A DNA stretch of 64,000 bases from Candidatus Binatia bacterium (GTDB lineage Bacteria; Eisenbacteria; RBG-16-71-46; SZUA-252), in assembly GCA_035631035.1 (NCBI GenBank), contig DASQJL010000076.1, positions 13,482 to 77,481 of the forward strand, written 5' to 3'. Under the pieces are notes generated by a model. That model was not told the origin of the DNA and made no database searches. It saw only the letters and a program-made list of their open reading frames with translations. This document shows, in pieces, positions 26,139 to 35,718 of this stretch. Position 1 is the stretch's first letter. Each line of letters opens with the position of its first letter. Made by a program: the position numbers and the translations under genes.

Positions 26139-29100
26139 GGCGTCCCGACCGCCGCACGGCGTCCTTCTTCGCACCCTTGCGCTCCGGCCCGGCGCTCCTG
26201 GCCGTGGCGTCCCTTCTGGTTCTCCTGCCGCCCGCTTCCAGGGTCGGCGCGCAGGTCCCGTCCGGGTTCTCCGAGGCGTCGTCCCCGGCGCCGGTTCCCA
26301 CCGTCGAAAACGCCTCCCCGACCGGATACCGCGTGCGCGTGCCGATCGGAGACGCCCAGACCGTTCGGGCGCGGATCGCGGGGTACGACCTGGCCGAGAT
26401 CCGCATTCCGGGCGGCGTGGCCGGCGGGGCGTGGGCCCAGCCCTCGCTTCCCACGCGGACGGTGCTCCTGCGAATTCCCTGGGGCGCCGAGCCGGTCGCG
26501 CGAGGAGCGTGGTCTTCCTTCCGCTCGCTGGGCTCGCTCGAGCCCGTTCCGGTGCCGCACCTCGTGACCGAGCCAAGTGTCCGGGACCGGACCGCTCCCG
26601 AGGCCGTCGCCGCGGCGATGCGGGGCGCGCCCTACCGCGCCCTCGGGGGCGGCGGGGAAGCCGCGGCGATCGCGGGGACGGCTCTCATGGCCGCCCGCGG
26701 CGAGCGCTATCTCGCGGTGACCCTCCGCCCGGTGACCTGGGACCCCGCGACGCGCGAGGCGCGGGTGGCCGACGCGATCGTCGTCGACGTCTCCTGGGAG
26801 ACGCCCGCGCGCGTCCTGCCCTCCGAGGGGCCCGCGGGCGCTGCCGGCGCGGCGCCGTCCGAGGGCGCCCTGCCGCTCGGCGTCGACGGAGCGGTCGGAC
26901 CCCGGTTCGCACAGCGCTTCGCGCGGGCCGCGACCGCCGGGCGCGCGGCCGCCGTGACGGGACCGCTCCGCGTCGACCCCTCGCGACCCTGGGTTCGCGT
27001 CGGGGTGGTCCGGCCGGGACTCTACCGGATCACCCCGGCCGCCCTCCTCAGCGCGGGCGTCAACACGGCCGGCATCGATCCGGCCACGTTCCGGCTCTTC
27101 CGCTCCCCGCCGGGCGATCTTCCCGAGAGCACCGACGTGGACGCGGGCCCCGATTCGCTCCGCGAATGCGCCATCACGGTCACGGGCGAAGGGGACGGCA
27201 CGTTCGACGCGGCCGACGCCATCTACTTCTACGGCACCGGGGAGAGCGGCTTCGGTTACGACCTGGCCGCCGGGGGCGGGCCCGAGTACCAGGAGACGCA
27301 GCGAACCGATCTGGAGCCGCTCTGGCTCACGTGGGGACCGGGCCCGGTGCCGACGCCGCCGCGCCGGATCGCGACCCGCGACGCCGCGCCCGTCTCCACC
27401 GGAGCGCCGCTCCTGACACAGGTGACCCATCGGGTCCACTTCGAGACCAATCGCTTTCCCAACTTCGACCTCTTCCAGCCCGGGCTCCGATGGGAGCGCT
27501 GGTTCATGAGCGTGCTCCCGCAGGGCGCGAGGCTCGCGTTCCCGATCACGCTGCCGGGAGCCGTGCCGGGGGGCGAGGTCTCGGCGCGGCTCCGGATGTG
27601 GGGCCAGGGCACGTCGACCGGGCACGCCGCGCGGCTCTGGTGGGACGGCGCGATCGTGGACACCGTGAGCTGGAATTTCCTCGCGGCGCGCGACCTGACC
27701 GCGTCGGGACTGCGCACCAACGGCGCGCGCGATACGGTGCAGGCCGAGGTGCCCGCGGTTGCGGGACGGACCGACCCCGAATACCTCGCCTGGTTCGAGG
27801 TCTCCTACCCGCGCGCGCTCACCGCCTCGTCGGACACGATCGCCTTCGCCGCGCCCGATTCGGTCCCCCCCGGACGCTACCGCTATGCGATCGCGGGAGT
27901 GAGCGACACCACAGCCGCCTGGCTCCTGGACCGCACCGATCCCGAAACGCCTGTGCGGCTCGCCGGCGGGACCTGGTCCGGAGCCGCGCCCGCGTTCACG
28001 CTCACCGTGGAGGACAGCGCGGGCGCCGGCTACCGGCCGCGCTATACGCTCGTCTCCACGTCGGGCGCCCCCAGCCCGTCGCTCCTGCGCTACGCGCCCG
28101 CCGCGGGTCCGCACGCGCTGGCGGACCTCCTCGATTCCGGGAACGCGGCCGATTACCTGATCGTCGCGCCGGCCGCCTTCCTCGCGCAGGCGGAGTCGCT
28201 CGCGTTCGACCGCGAGGCGCGGCTCCCCGGAGTCGCCGCTCCGCGCGCGGCCATCGCCACCACCGAGGCGATCGCCGCCCAGCTGGGCGGCGGACGGTCG
28301 GACCCGGTCGCCATCCGGAACCTCTTCGCCTTTGCCGAGCGCCATTGGGCCGCCGGACCGCTCTATGTCTGTCTCTTGGGGGACGCCTCCGACGATCCGA
28401 AGAACTATCAGATCATCTCGGCGCCCGATCTCGTGCCGACCTACAACGAGTACTGGGACGTGAGCCTCCTGCTCCAGTACATCTCGGACGACTTCTATGC
28501 CTTCCTCGACGGGCCGGGCGACCGGCTCTTCGATCTCGCGATCGGTCGGCTGCCCGCGCGCACGACCGAAGAGGCGCGCACCCTCGTGCGCGGCAAGAAC
28601 GCGGTCTACGAGCGGACGCAGGACTTCGATTGGTGGCGCGTGCGAGCGCTGCTCACGGCGGACGACGCCTGGAAATGGTCGGTCCCGAACACCAAGCGCG
28701 ACCCCGTCGGCGCCGACCACGTGACGCAGATGGAGCGGAAGGACGGATTCCATCTCCCGTTTCCCGTGCGCCGGGAGAAGGTCTACCTGAACGACTATCC
28801 CTTCGCGGATTCCACGAAGCAGTCGAAGCCGAAGGCCCGTGAGGCGTTCCTGGCCGCGGTGAACGCGGGGAACTGGCTCGCTGAGTTCGCCGGGCACGGC
28901 AACGAGAACTTCCTCGCCGACGAGCAAATGTTCCGCTCCCTCGACCTGAACCGCCTCACGAATGCCACGCGGCCTTCGATCTTCGGTTTCTTCTCCTGCA
29001 CGGTGGGGAAGTTCGACGACAACGTGCAGCAGGACGGGCTGGCCGAGCTCCTGCTGCGCTACCCCGGCGGCGGGTCGGTCGTCTCGCTGGCGGCGAGCCA

Positions 29101-30343
29101 GGAGGTGTTCGGGCTCGAGAGCGGGAGGCTGAACGACGCGTTCGTGGACGCCCTCTTCCCGGCTTCCCCGCGCGTGGACACCCTGCGCACGGCGGGGCTC
29201 GCGTGGGCCATGGCGAAGAACGCGCCGGGAAATCAGAACGAGATCGTGCGGAAGTACGGCTACCTGGGCGATCCCGCGGCCCTCCCGCCGCTCCCGCGCG
29301 GGCGCGGCGTGTTCGAAAAGGGCGCGCTCGACTCCATTCCGCGCGGCGAGGTCGCCGCGATCCGGGGGCACGCGCTGAACGCGGACGGATCCCCCGACAC
29401 GCTCTCGTCGGGCACGGTCCTGCTCGAGGCGCTCGGCCCGCCATCCCGCCGGATCGAGATCGCCGACCGGAACGGGGCGCCGACCGCGGTGCCCTACGCG
29501 CTCCCGGGGCCGGTGCTCTACCGCGGCGAAACCCCCTTGAGCCGGGGGGCCTTCACGCTTCGCTTCGTCGTGCCGACCGACGGCCGGATCATCGGCCCGG
29601 GCGCCCAGATCCGGGCGCTCCTCTCCCAGGCGGGCGGCCGGGGCGTGGGCCTCGCGGCCGACTCGCTCCGCATCGCGGCCTCGCTCGCCCCGCGCGCCGA
29701 CGCGACGCCCCCGACCATCCGCCTGCTCGGCCCGGCGGCGAACGACTCCACCGTGGCGCCGGGAACGGTCCTGACGTTCGCCATCGAGGACTCGAGCGGG
29801 ATCGATCTCACGCGACTGGACGACGCCCACAGCATCTTCACGATCGTGGACGACCGCGGCACGCCGATCGACATGACGCCGACCTTCCGCTACGAGCCCT
29901 CCAGCTTCACGCGCGGCACGGCGACGCTGACGCTGCCGCAGCTGGCCGGCGGCGCCCATCTGCTCGAAGTGCACGCCTCCGATACGTACCGGAACGTGGG
30001 GATCGCCACCTTCACGATCGACGTGGCCGCGGCCGTCCCCGGCGGGTCGGCCCTGGTCATGACGGAGGTGTTCAACTACCCGAATCCTTTTCCGCGCGAG
30101 ACCTACCTGCACGCGCGGCTGAACCAGGCGGCGCGGCTTCGGGTGCAGATCCTCACCGTGTCGGGGCGCCGGGTGCGCGATTTCGCGCTCGACGGCAAGG
30201 CGGGGGAGAACTACATCCCCTGGGACGGGCGCGATTCGGAGGGAGAAAAAGTGGCCCTCGGGGTTTATATCGTGAAGCTGACGGCAGAGGTACCGGGAGG
30301 GAATCGCGCGACGGCCATCGCGCGTGCGCTCCGAGCCGAATGA
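26135..30343 (+). CDS. C25-family (gingipain/PorU-like) cysteine peptidase with a type IX secretion C-terminal sorting domain; candidate PorU by synteny with the downstream porV-like gene (~1402 aa from TTG 26135)
   Basis: Catalytic His…Cys dyad region AEFAGHGNENF…(36 aa)…FGFFSCTVGKFDD resembles gingipain/PorU. C-terminus NYPNPFPRETYL…VSGRRVRDF…WDGRDSEGEKVALGVYIVKL is a Por_Secre_tail/FlgD-Ig-like CTD. Signal peptide RRPDRRTASFFAPLRSGPALLAVASLLVLLPPASRVGA-Q sits after a TTG overlapping the Trm112 stop (TTGA). The start codon is inferred. Confidence 0.6.
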   Translation: MRRPDRRTASFFAPLRSGPALLAVASLLVLLPPASRVGAQVPSGFSEASSPAPVPTVENASPTGYRVRVPIGDAQTVRARIAGYDLAEIRIPGGVAGGAWAQPSLPTRTVLLRIPWGAEPVARGAWSSFRSLGSLEPVPVPHLVTEPSVRDRTAPEAVAAAMRGAPYRALGGGGEAAAIAGTALMAARGERYLAVTLRPVTWDPATREARVADAIVVDVSWETPARVLPSEGPAGAAGAAPSEGALPLGVDGAVGPRFAQRFARAATAGRAAAVTGPLRVDPSRPWVRVGVVRPGLYRITPAALLSAGVNTAGIDPATFRLFRSPPGDLPESTDVDAGPDSLRECAITVTGEGDGTFDAADAIYFYGTGESGFGYDLAAGGGPEYQETQRTDLEPLWLTWGPGPVPTPPRRIATRDAAPVSTGAPLLTQVTHRVHFETNRFPNFDLFQPGLRWERWFMSVLPQGARLAFPITLPGAVPGGEVSARLRMWGQGTSTGHAARLWWDGAIVDTVSWNFLAARDLTASGLRTNGARDTVQAEVPAVAGRTDPEYLAWFEVSYPRALTASSDTIAFAAPDSVPPGRYRYAIAGVSDTTAAWLLDRTDPETPVRLAGGTWSGAAPAFTLTVEDSAGAGYRPRYTLVSTSGAPSPSLLRYAPAAGPHALADLLDSGNAADYLIVAPAAFLAQAESLAFDREARLPGVAAPRAAIATTEAIAAQLGGGRSDPVAIRNLFAFAERHWAAGPLYVCLLGDASDDPKNYQIISAPDLVPTYNEYWDVSLLLQYISDDFYAFLDGPGDRLFDLAIGRLPARTTEEARTLVRGKNAVYERTQDFDWWRVRALLTADDAWKWSVPNTKRDPVGADHVTQMERKDGFHLPFPVRREKVYLNDYPFADSTKQSKPKAREAFLAAVNAGNWLAEFAGHGNENFLADEQMFRSLDLNRLTNATRPSIFGFFSCTVGKFDDNVQQDGLAELLLRYPGGGSVVSLAASQEVFGLESGRLNDAFVDALFPASPRVDTLRTAGLAWAMAKNAPGNQNEIVRKYGYLGDPAALPPLPRGRGVFEKGALDSIPRGEVAAIRGHALNADGSPDTLSSGTVLLEALGPPSRRIEIADRNGAPTAVPYALPGPVLYRGETPLSRGAFTLRFVVPTDGRIIGPGAQIRALLSQAGGRGVGLAADSLRIAASLAPRADATPPTIRLLGPAANDSTVAPGTVLTFAIEDSSGIDLTRLDDAHSIFTIVDDRGTPIDMTPTFRYEPSSFTRGTATLTLPQLAGGAHLLEVHASDTYRNVGIATFTIDVAAAVPGGSALVMTEVFNYPNPFPRETYLHARLNQAARLRVQILTVSGRRVRDFALDGKAGENYIPWDGRDSEGEKVALGVYIVKLTAEVPGGNRATAIARALRAE

Positions 30344-30454
30344 GCATCCCCCGGCGGAACCGCTTGTTACGATGTCCCATCGTGTTCTAGACTTAGGGTC
30401 TCGTCGGGGGCGCGTTCGGCGTCCCTTCCTGCATTCCGTAAGGAGGTCTTCCAC

Positions 30455-31438
30455 ATGAGTCGCATTCTCACCGTCGCCTCGAGGGCTGCCGTAGCACTCG
30501 TCCTCCTGGCCGGCTTCGCCGCGTCCGCCCAGGCCCAGTCCGAGGCCGGAGGCATCTCCACGCTCTTCGCGCCGGGGGCGCGCGCCGACGGCATGGGTCG
30601 CGCCTTCACCGCCGTCGCCAACGACGCGAACGCGATCTGGTGGAATCCGGGCGGCCTGGCGTTCCTCCGCGGCCACGACATCAGCCTGACCTACTCCCAG
30701 CTGGTCCCCGATCTCGCCTCCGACGTGAACTGGTCCTATCCCGTCTACGCCCAGCATGTCGAGGGGTGGGGCGGCCTGGGCGCCAGCGTCGGCTACCTGA
30801 GCTACGGAAAGAGCGAAGCGACCGACGTGGACGGCAACGTGACCGGCGAGTTCACCTCGTACGAGCTGGTGCCCTCCATCGCCTACGGCACCGAGCTGGC
30901 GGACAACGTCGGCTTCGGCGTCGCCTTGAAGCTGATCCGCGTCGACCTGGCCCCGCAGGCGGTCACGCTCGACCAGAAGAACGGGCGCGGAACGACGTTC
31001 GCCGCCGACATCGGCGGCATGATCAAGATGCCGGCGGCCAAGGTCGCCATCGGCGCCACGCTCGCCAACCTGGGGCCGGATATCGCCTACATCGACCAGG
31101 ATCAGTCGGACCCGCTGGGCCGGAACATCCGGTTCGGGGTCGCCTACACGCCGATCGAGAACGACGTGCACCGCGTCCTGATCGCGGCCGACGCCTCGCG
31201 CTTCCTCATCCCCGGCCGCGTGCTCGCCGTGGACGTCTGGAACGCCGGCGCCGAGTACGAGTTCAACCGGCTCATCGCGCTCCGCGCGGGCTACATCAGC
31301 GACCCGATCGGCGACATCACGGACTTCACGTTCGGCCTGGGATTGAACTATAAGGGCGTGCGCTTCGACTACGCCTCGATCCCGCAGTCGAGCTTCCTGG
31401 ATCGCGTCAACCGGTTCTCGCTCGGATACCACTTCTAA
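30455..31438 (+). CDS. outer-membrane beta-barrel of the PorV/PorQ (LptO) family (327 aa)
   Basis: Signal peptide AQA-QS; N-terminal RADGMGRAFTAVANDANAIWWNPGGLA motif; alternating beta-strand pattern; C-terminal LGYHF aromatic terminus; AAGGAGG RBS. Sits directly downstream of the C25/PorU-like gene, as porU-porV does in Bacteroidota. Confidence 0.5.
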   Translation: MSRILTVASRAAVALVLLAGFAASAQAQSEAGGISTLFAPGARADGMGRAFTAVANDANAIWWNPGGLAFLRGHDISLTYSQLVPDLASDVNWSYPVYAQHVEGWGGLGASVGYLSYGKSEATDVDGNVTGEFTSYELVPSIAYGTELADNVGFGVALKLIRVDLAPQAVTLDQKNGRGTTFAADIGGMIKMPAAKVAIGATLANLGPDIAYIDQDQSDPLGRNIRFGVAYTPIENDVHRVLIAADASRFLIPGRVLAVDVWNAGAEYEFNRLIALRAGYISDPIGDITDFTFGLGLNYKGVRFDYASIPQSSFLDRVNRFSLGYHF

Positions 31439-31451
31439 GAACCCTTCCCAC

Positions 31452-34400
31452 GTGACCCTGCGGACGGGGCGGCGGACCGCCCGCGGCGCGCTGTTCGGAA
31501 TCGCAATCCTGGTGGGGAGCCAGGCCCTGACCTCGGGCCTGGCTCCCTTGTCCTTTGCGGCCGGCGTTCCTTCGTCGCGGCTCGTGGCGTCGAGGCCTCC
31601 CGCCGGCGCCGCGCCCGGCAGGGGCGCGCTCCTCGCCCGTCGCATCGAGCGGGCGCATGCCTTTCCCCACCGCCTGGGCGGCGCGCGGCGCGCGCCGTGG
31701 GTGAGCGGGGGACGTCCGCCGCTTTTGGCGCCGTCGTTGCGGACGGGGCAGCTGGAGCGGACGGTCGCCTTCGCGGGCGCTCCGGAGACGCTCCGCGTCC
31801 TCGGCCTGCGCGTCGACTTCGCGACCGACCGGCTGGGAGCGCAGACCACGACCCCCGACGGGAAGTTCGACCTTCGCGACGGCAAGTCGCTCGGGATCCC
31901 GATCGATCCGCCGCCGCACAATCGCGCCTATTTCCTCTCCCACTTCCAGGCGCTCCAGCGCTACTGGCGGTTCGCCTCCTACGGCAATCTCGTCCTGGAG
32001 TACGACGTCTACCCGAAGAACGACACGCTGACCTACCGCCTGGGGGACACCGGAGACTACGGACCCTGGACGCTGGGCCAGGCGTCGTTCGCGTCGGCGC
32101 AGCGCTTCTTCAAGGACGCGGTGACCAAGGCCGACCAGACCGACTCCATCCCCTTTGGCGACTTCGACGTGATCGCCCTCTTCCATTCGGGATCCGACTT
32201 CCAGACCGACCTTCGCGGCGACACCCCGCGGGATTTTCCGACGTTCGAGATCTCGCTGGAGGACTCGGTCGCCGTCAACGGCGGCGCGGTCGCGGTCTTC
32301 GGCGGCCTCGTCATGCCCGAGACGGAGAACCAGGACGGCTACTACAGCGCGCTGAACGGAACCCTGGCGCACGAGTTCGGCCACACGCAGGGGCTGCCCG
32401 ACCTCTACGACATCAACACCTTTTTCCCGGCGGTCGGCGTCTGGAGCAACATGGACTCGGGGTATCTCCTCACCACGTCGGTCCAGGACCAGAAGACGGG
32501 AGCGATCTCCGACGCGACGGGGGTCATTCCGACCAGCCTCGATCCGTGGTGCAAGAACGTCCTCTGGCCCGGGAAGCTCGACCTGGTGGATCCGGGGCGC
32601 GGCTACTCGGCCTCGCTCCGCGCGACCGAGCTTCAAGACAGCCTGCTCTACGTCCCGCTGGGGGGCGACGAGTACTACCTGATCGAAAACCGCGAGACCG
32701 ACCTGAACGGGGACAACACGGTCTACCTCGACCGCGACTCCACGACGAACGTGATCCTGGGGCCGGGGCTGTCGAGCGCCGATCCGACCGACTCGCTGGG
32801 CGACAAGGAGTACGACTTCCTGCTGCCGGGGCAGGGGATCCTGGTCTGGCACATCGACGACACGGTGATCTTCGGGGTGAACATGCCCCCCGACGGCGGG
32901 ATCAACTCGAACCCCGAGCGCCGCGGCGTGAAGGTGATGGAAGCGGACGGGATCGACGACATCGGCGATCCCAACTCGCGCTACTTCTTCGGCGGGCCCT
33001 TCGATCCGTACTTCGTGGGGAATCACACGCGCCTCGCTCCCGACACGAGCCCTTCGACCGCGACCAACGACGGAGCGCAGAGCCACGTCGCGATCACGGT
33101 GAAGTCTCCGGCCGGTGACGAAATGAGCCTGGACGTGAACTCCGAGTGGCGCGCCGAGGGGTGGCCGGTCGTTTCCGAATTCGGGCGAAGCGGCGATCCT
33201 CCCACCTTCGGCAGCCTGCGGCGCGACGCCACCCGGCAGGTCGTGGCGTCCTCCGACAGCCTGATCTACGCCTGGATGTCCAACGGCGAGCCATACACCA
33301 CGGCGAACACCGACGGCCAGTTCGCGGCGCTTCCCGCGCCGATCGTGCCGCCGGTGCTGGTGGCCGACAGCCTCTTCCGCTCGAATCCGCTCGCGGCGCA
33401 CGGGGCCGCCGTCGTCGCGACGGCCGAAGACGGCCGGGTCTACGCCTTCCGCGCGAACGATCGCGATTCGACCCAGGCGATCCCGCTCGCAGGATGGCCG
33501 CCCCTCCTTGGGGCCGGGATCGCCGCCACCACCGCGCCCTCGCTCGGCCCCGCGGGCGACGTGCTCGTGGGCGCGAGCGACGGCACCGTTTTCTCGATCG
33601 CCGGCACCGACAGCGTCTCCTTCGCGCCGTTCGTCGACGCCATCGCCGACACGCTCCGGATCGGACCGACGCCCGTCACCGCCTCGGTCGTGGGGAACCT
33701 CGCCGTGGGCCGCTTCCGCGGGCCCCCGGGCAGCTGGATGGTGGCCTACGGCCTGGCGAACGGCGTCGTGCGCCTCGTCAGCCCCGTCGGAAAGGATCCG
33801 AACGTCACCGACCTCCACTGGAACGTGGGCGGCGCGAACTTCCGTCCCTACGTGATGGGCGCCGACCTGGACCGCGACGGCGAGACGGAAGTGATCGTGC
33901 TCGACCGCGCGCAGGGAGAGGTGCACGCGCTCGATCTGGCCGGCGGCGAGCTTCCGGGCTGGCCGGTGTCCGTGGTCGGGCGCATCGAGGGCGCTCTCGC
34001 CGCCGGGGACCTGGACCGGGACGGCTACCCCGAGGTCTTCGCGGTGGACGACCAGGGATACGCGCATCGCTGGAATCGAAACGGGGTCGAGCCCCAGGGC
34101 TGGCCGGTCTCGCTCGGCGCGCGCTACGGCGCTTCGGCGGTGGGAGGGACCGGGTCGCCGGTGCTCGGCGACGTCGACGGGGACGGCACTCCCGAGCTCC
34201 TGGTCGCGACCCAGAGCGGCCTTCTGATCGCGCTGGAGGGGAACGGCACGTCGGTCCCGGGATGGCCCGTCGCGAGCCAGCCGGGTCCCGAGATCTCGCC
34301 CCTTCTCCTGTCGCTCAACGACGCGCTGACCCCGCCGGATCCCCCCGGCGGCCCCTGGGAGCACCTGATCGCCCCCGGCGGCGACGGCCTCTGGAACGGC

Positions 34401-34829
34401 TATCAGATCGGCGTGCGGGCCGACAGCGCCTACGCCACGCGGGACGGCGTGTCGCCGCGCTTCCCCTGGATCGGGTATGCGGGGGACAGGCGCCACAGCT
34501 CGATGCTGGGGGACGCCCTGCTCTTGCCTATCTCGGCCGCGGCCACGGCTTTGGCACGGGGTTCGCTGTACTGTTTTCCGAACCCGGCACGGGGGGCCGA
34601 CGTGGGTATCGCCTATACGCTGGGTGACGGAGTCGGCTCCGTCGAAATCCGGGTGCTCGACCCCCTGGGGAACGAGGTCCGGAAGATCGAAGGGCCGGTC
34701 CTGCCGTCCCAGAATGTGGCCCGGATCCCGGTGCGGGATCTCGCCAGCGGGGTATATCTGGTGCGCCTGGAGGTGAAGCGCGCGGGCGCCAGCGAGATCG
34801 CCTTCAAGAAGTTCGCAGTTGTCCGGTGA
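31452..34829 (+). CDS. M6-family (immune inhibitor A-like) zinc metalloprotease with FG-GAP/VCBS repeats and a T9SS C-terminal sorting domain (1125 aa)
   Basis: HEFGHTQGLPDLYD is the M6 signature. FG-GAP-like repeats (GDLDRDGYPEVFAVDDQG, GDVDGDGTPELLVATQSG, ADLDRDGETEVIVLD). C-terminal CFPNPARG…ASGVYLVRLEV…KKFAVVR CTD. Signal peptide present. Confidence 0.75.
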   Translation: MTLRTGRRTARGALFGIAILVGSQALTSGLAPLSFAAGVPSSRLVASRPPAGAAPGRGALLARRIERAHAFPHRLGGARRAPWVSGGRPPLLAPSLRTGQLERTVAFAGAPETLRVLGLRVDFATDRLGAQTTTPDGKFDLRDGKSLGIPIDPPPHNRAYFLSHFQALQRYWRFASYGNLVLEYDVYPKNDTLTYRLGDTGDYGPWTLGQASFASAQRFFKDAVTKADQTDSIPFGDFDVIALFHSGSDFQTDLRGDTPRDFPTFEISLEDSVAVNGGAVAVFGGLVMPETENQDGYYSALNGTLAHEFGHTQGLPDLYDINTFFPAVGVWSNMDSGYLLTTSVQDQKTGAISDATGVIPTSLDPWCKNVLWPGKLDLVDPGRGYSASLRATELQDSLLYVPLGGDEYYLIENRETDLNGDNTVYLDRDSTTNVILGPGLSSADPTDSLGDKEYDFLLPGQGILVWHIDDTVIFGVNMPPDGGINSNPERRGVKVMEADGIDDIGDPNSRYFFGGPFDPYFVGNHTRLAPDTSPSTATNDGAQSHVAITVKSPAGDEMSLDVNSEWRAEGWPVVSEFGRSGDPPTFGSLRRDATRQVVASSDSLIYAWMSNGEPYTTANTDGQFAALPAPIVPPVLVADSLFRSNPLAAHGAAVVATAEDGRVYAFRANDRDSTQAIPLAGWPPLLGAGIAATTAPSLGPAGDVLVGASDGTVFSIAGTDSVSFAPFVDAIADTLRIGPTPVTASVVGNLAVGRFRGPPGSWMVAYGLANGVVRLVSPVGKDPNVTDLHWNVGGANFRPYVMGADLDRDGETEVIVLDRAQGEVHALDLAGGELPGWPVSVVGRIEGALAAGDLDRDGYPEVFAVDDQGYAHRWNRNGVEPQGWPVSLGARYGASAVGGTGSPVLGDVDGDGTPELLVATQSGLLIALEGNGTSVPGWPVASQPGPEISPLLLSLNDALTPPDPPGGPWEHLIAPGGDGLWNGYQIGVRADSAYATRDGVSPRFPWIGYAGDRRHSSMLGDALLLPISAAATALARGSLYCFPNPARGADVGIAYTLGDGVGSVEIRVLDPLGNEVRKIEGPVLPSQNVARIPVRDLASGVYLVRLEVKRAGASEIAFKKFAVVR

Positions 34830-34854
34830 TGCGGCCCGGAGGTAGAATAAACCA

Positions 34855-35718
34855 TTGCGTTCGCATCCATTTCGGCCGGTTCAAGGAACCCGTCTTCTGA
34901 CTTCTCGCGCTCCCCTTGCGGTCCTTGCCAGCACGCTCTGTCTACTTTTGACGACAGGGGTAGGCCGCGCTTCGATGCTCGACTTCAGCCCGCTTCCCAC
35001 CGGAGAGATCCTGCTGGCACAGCGAGCGATTGCGGACACCGAAACGGTGGCCACCCCGATCGTCACCCCAAGCGGGGCCGAGGCGGTGGGACTGGCTCCC
35101 CCTCCCGTTCCCGACGTCCACAAGTCCCCCGGGAAGGCCTTCATTTACAATCTCCTCCTGCCCGGGGCGGGGCACCTGTACGCCGGCAGTAAGCGCGGGT
35201 ATGCCCACCTGGGGCTGGAAGGCGTGGCGTGGGTAACCTATTTCTATTACCACGGTCGCGGCGCGGCGAAAGAGGACCAGTACCTGGCCTATGCGGACGA
35301 CCACTGGAGCTACAGCAAGTGGGTTTCCAGCTGCAACTGCCAGGGATCTCCGGAGGACAGCCTCATCCTGTACTTCCGAGCCAACAACAAGCAGCACTAC
35401 TACGAGGACATCGGGAAGCTCAGCACCTATTCGGGCGGATGGGACGACGCCGCGTTGAACGGCTCGACCTACATCTCCGGAAACCGGAACTTCTACCGGG
35501 GGATGCGCGGGGACAGCAACAATCTCCTGAAGGACGCCCGCTACGCCGTGATGGGGAGCTTCCTCAATCGGATCGTCTCCGCCGTCGACGTGCTCCGGAT
35601 GCTCAAGCACCGGAGCAGCGCGCTTCTCGGCGAGAACACCCGAATCCGCATCAAGGTGCGCACGAGACCCTTCTCGGACCAGACCGCGGTCGGATTTGAG
35701 ATCCGGAAACAGCTGTAG
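34855..35718 (+). CDS. secreted hypothetical protein, paralog A (287 aa, TTG start), with motif KSPGKAFIYNLLLPGAGHLYAGSKRGYAHLGLEGVAW (reminiscent of the DUF5683-type PG.G..Y…W motif)
   Basis: Signal peptide. Shares the LLPGAG..Y.G..RG……EG..W motif and Trp/Tyr-rich middle region with the next gene. Confidence 0.45.
   Translation: MRSHPFRPVQGTRLLTSRAPLAVLASTLCLLLTTGVGRASMLDFSPLPTGEILLAQRAIADTETVATPIVTPSGAEAVGLAPPPVPDVHKSPGKAFIYNLLLPGAGHLYAGSKRGYAHLGLEGVAWVTYFYYHGRGAAKEDQYLAYADDHWSYSKWVSSCNCQGSPEDSLILYFRANNKQHYYEDIGKLSTYSGGWDDAALNGSTYISGNRNFYRGMRGDSNNLLKDARYAVMGSFLNRIVSAVDVLRMLKHRSSALLGENTRIRIKVRTRPFSDQTAVGFEIRKQL

Noticed and set aside
25631-31921. 2096-aa - strand ORF
   Set aside because: Antisense to the C25 peptidase and PorV-like genes; Arg/Gly-rich nonsense composition.
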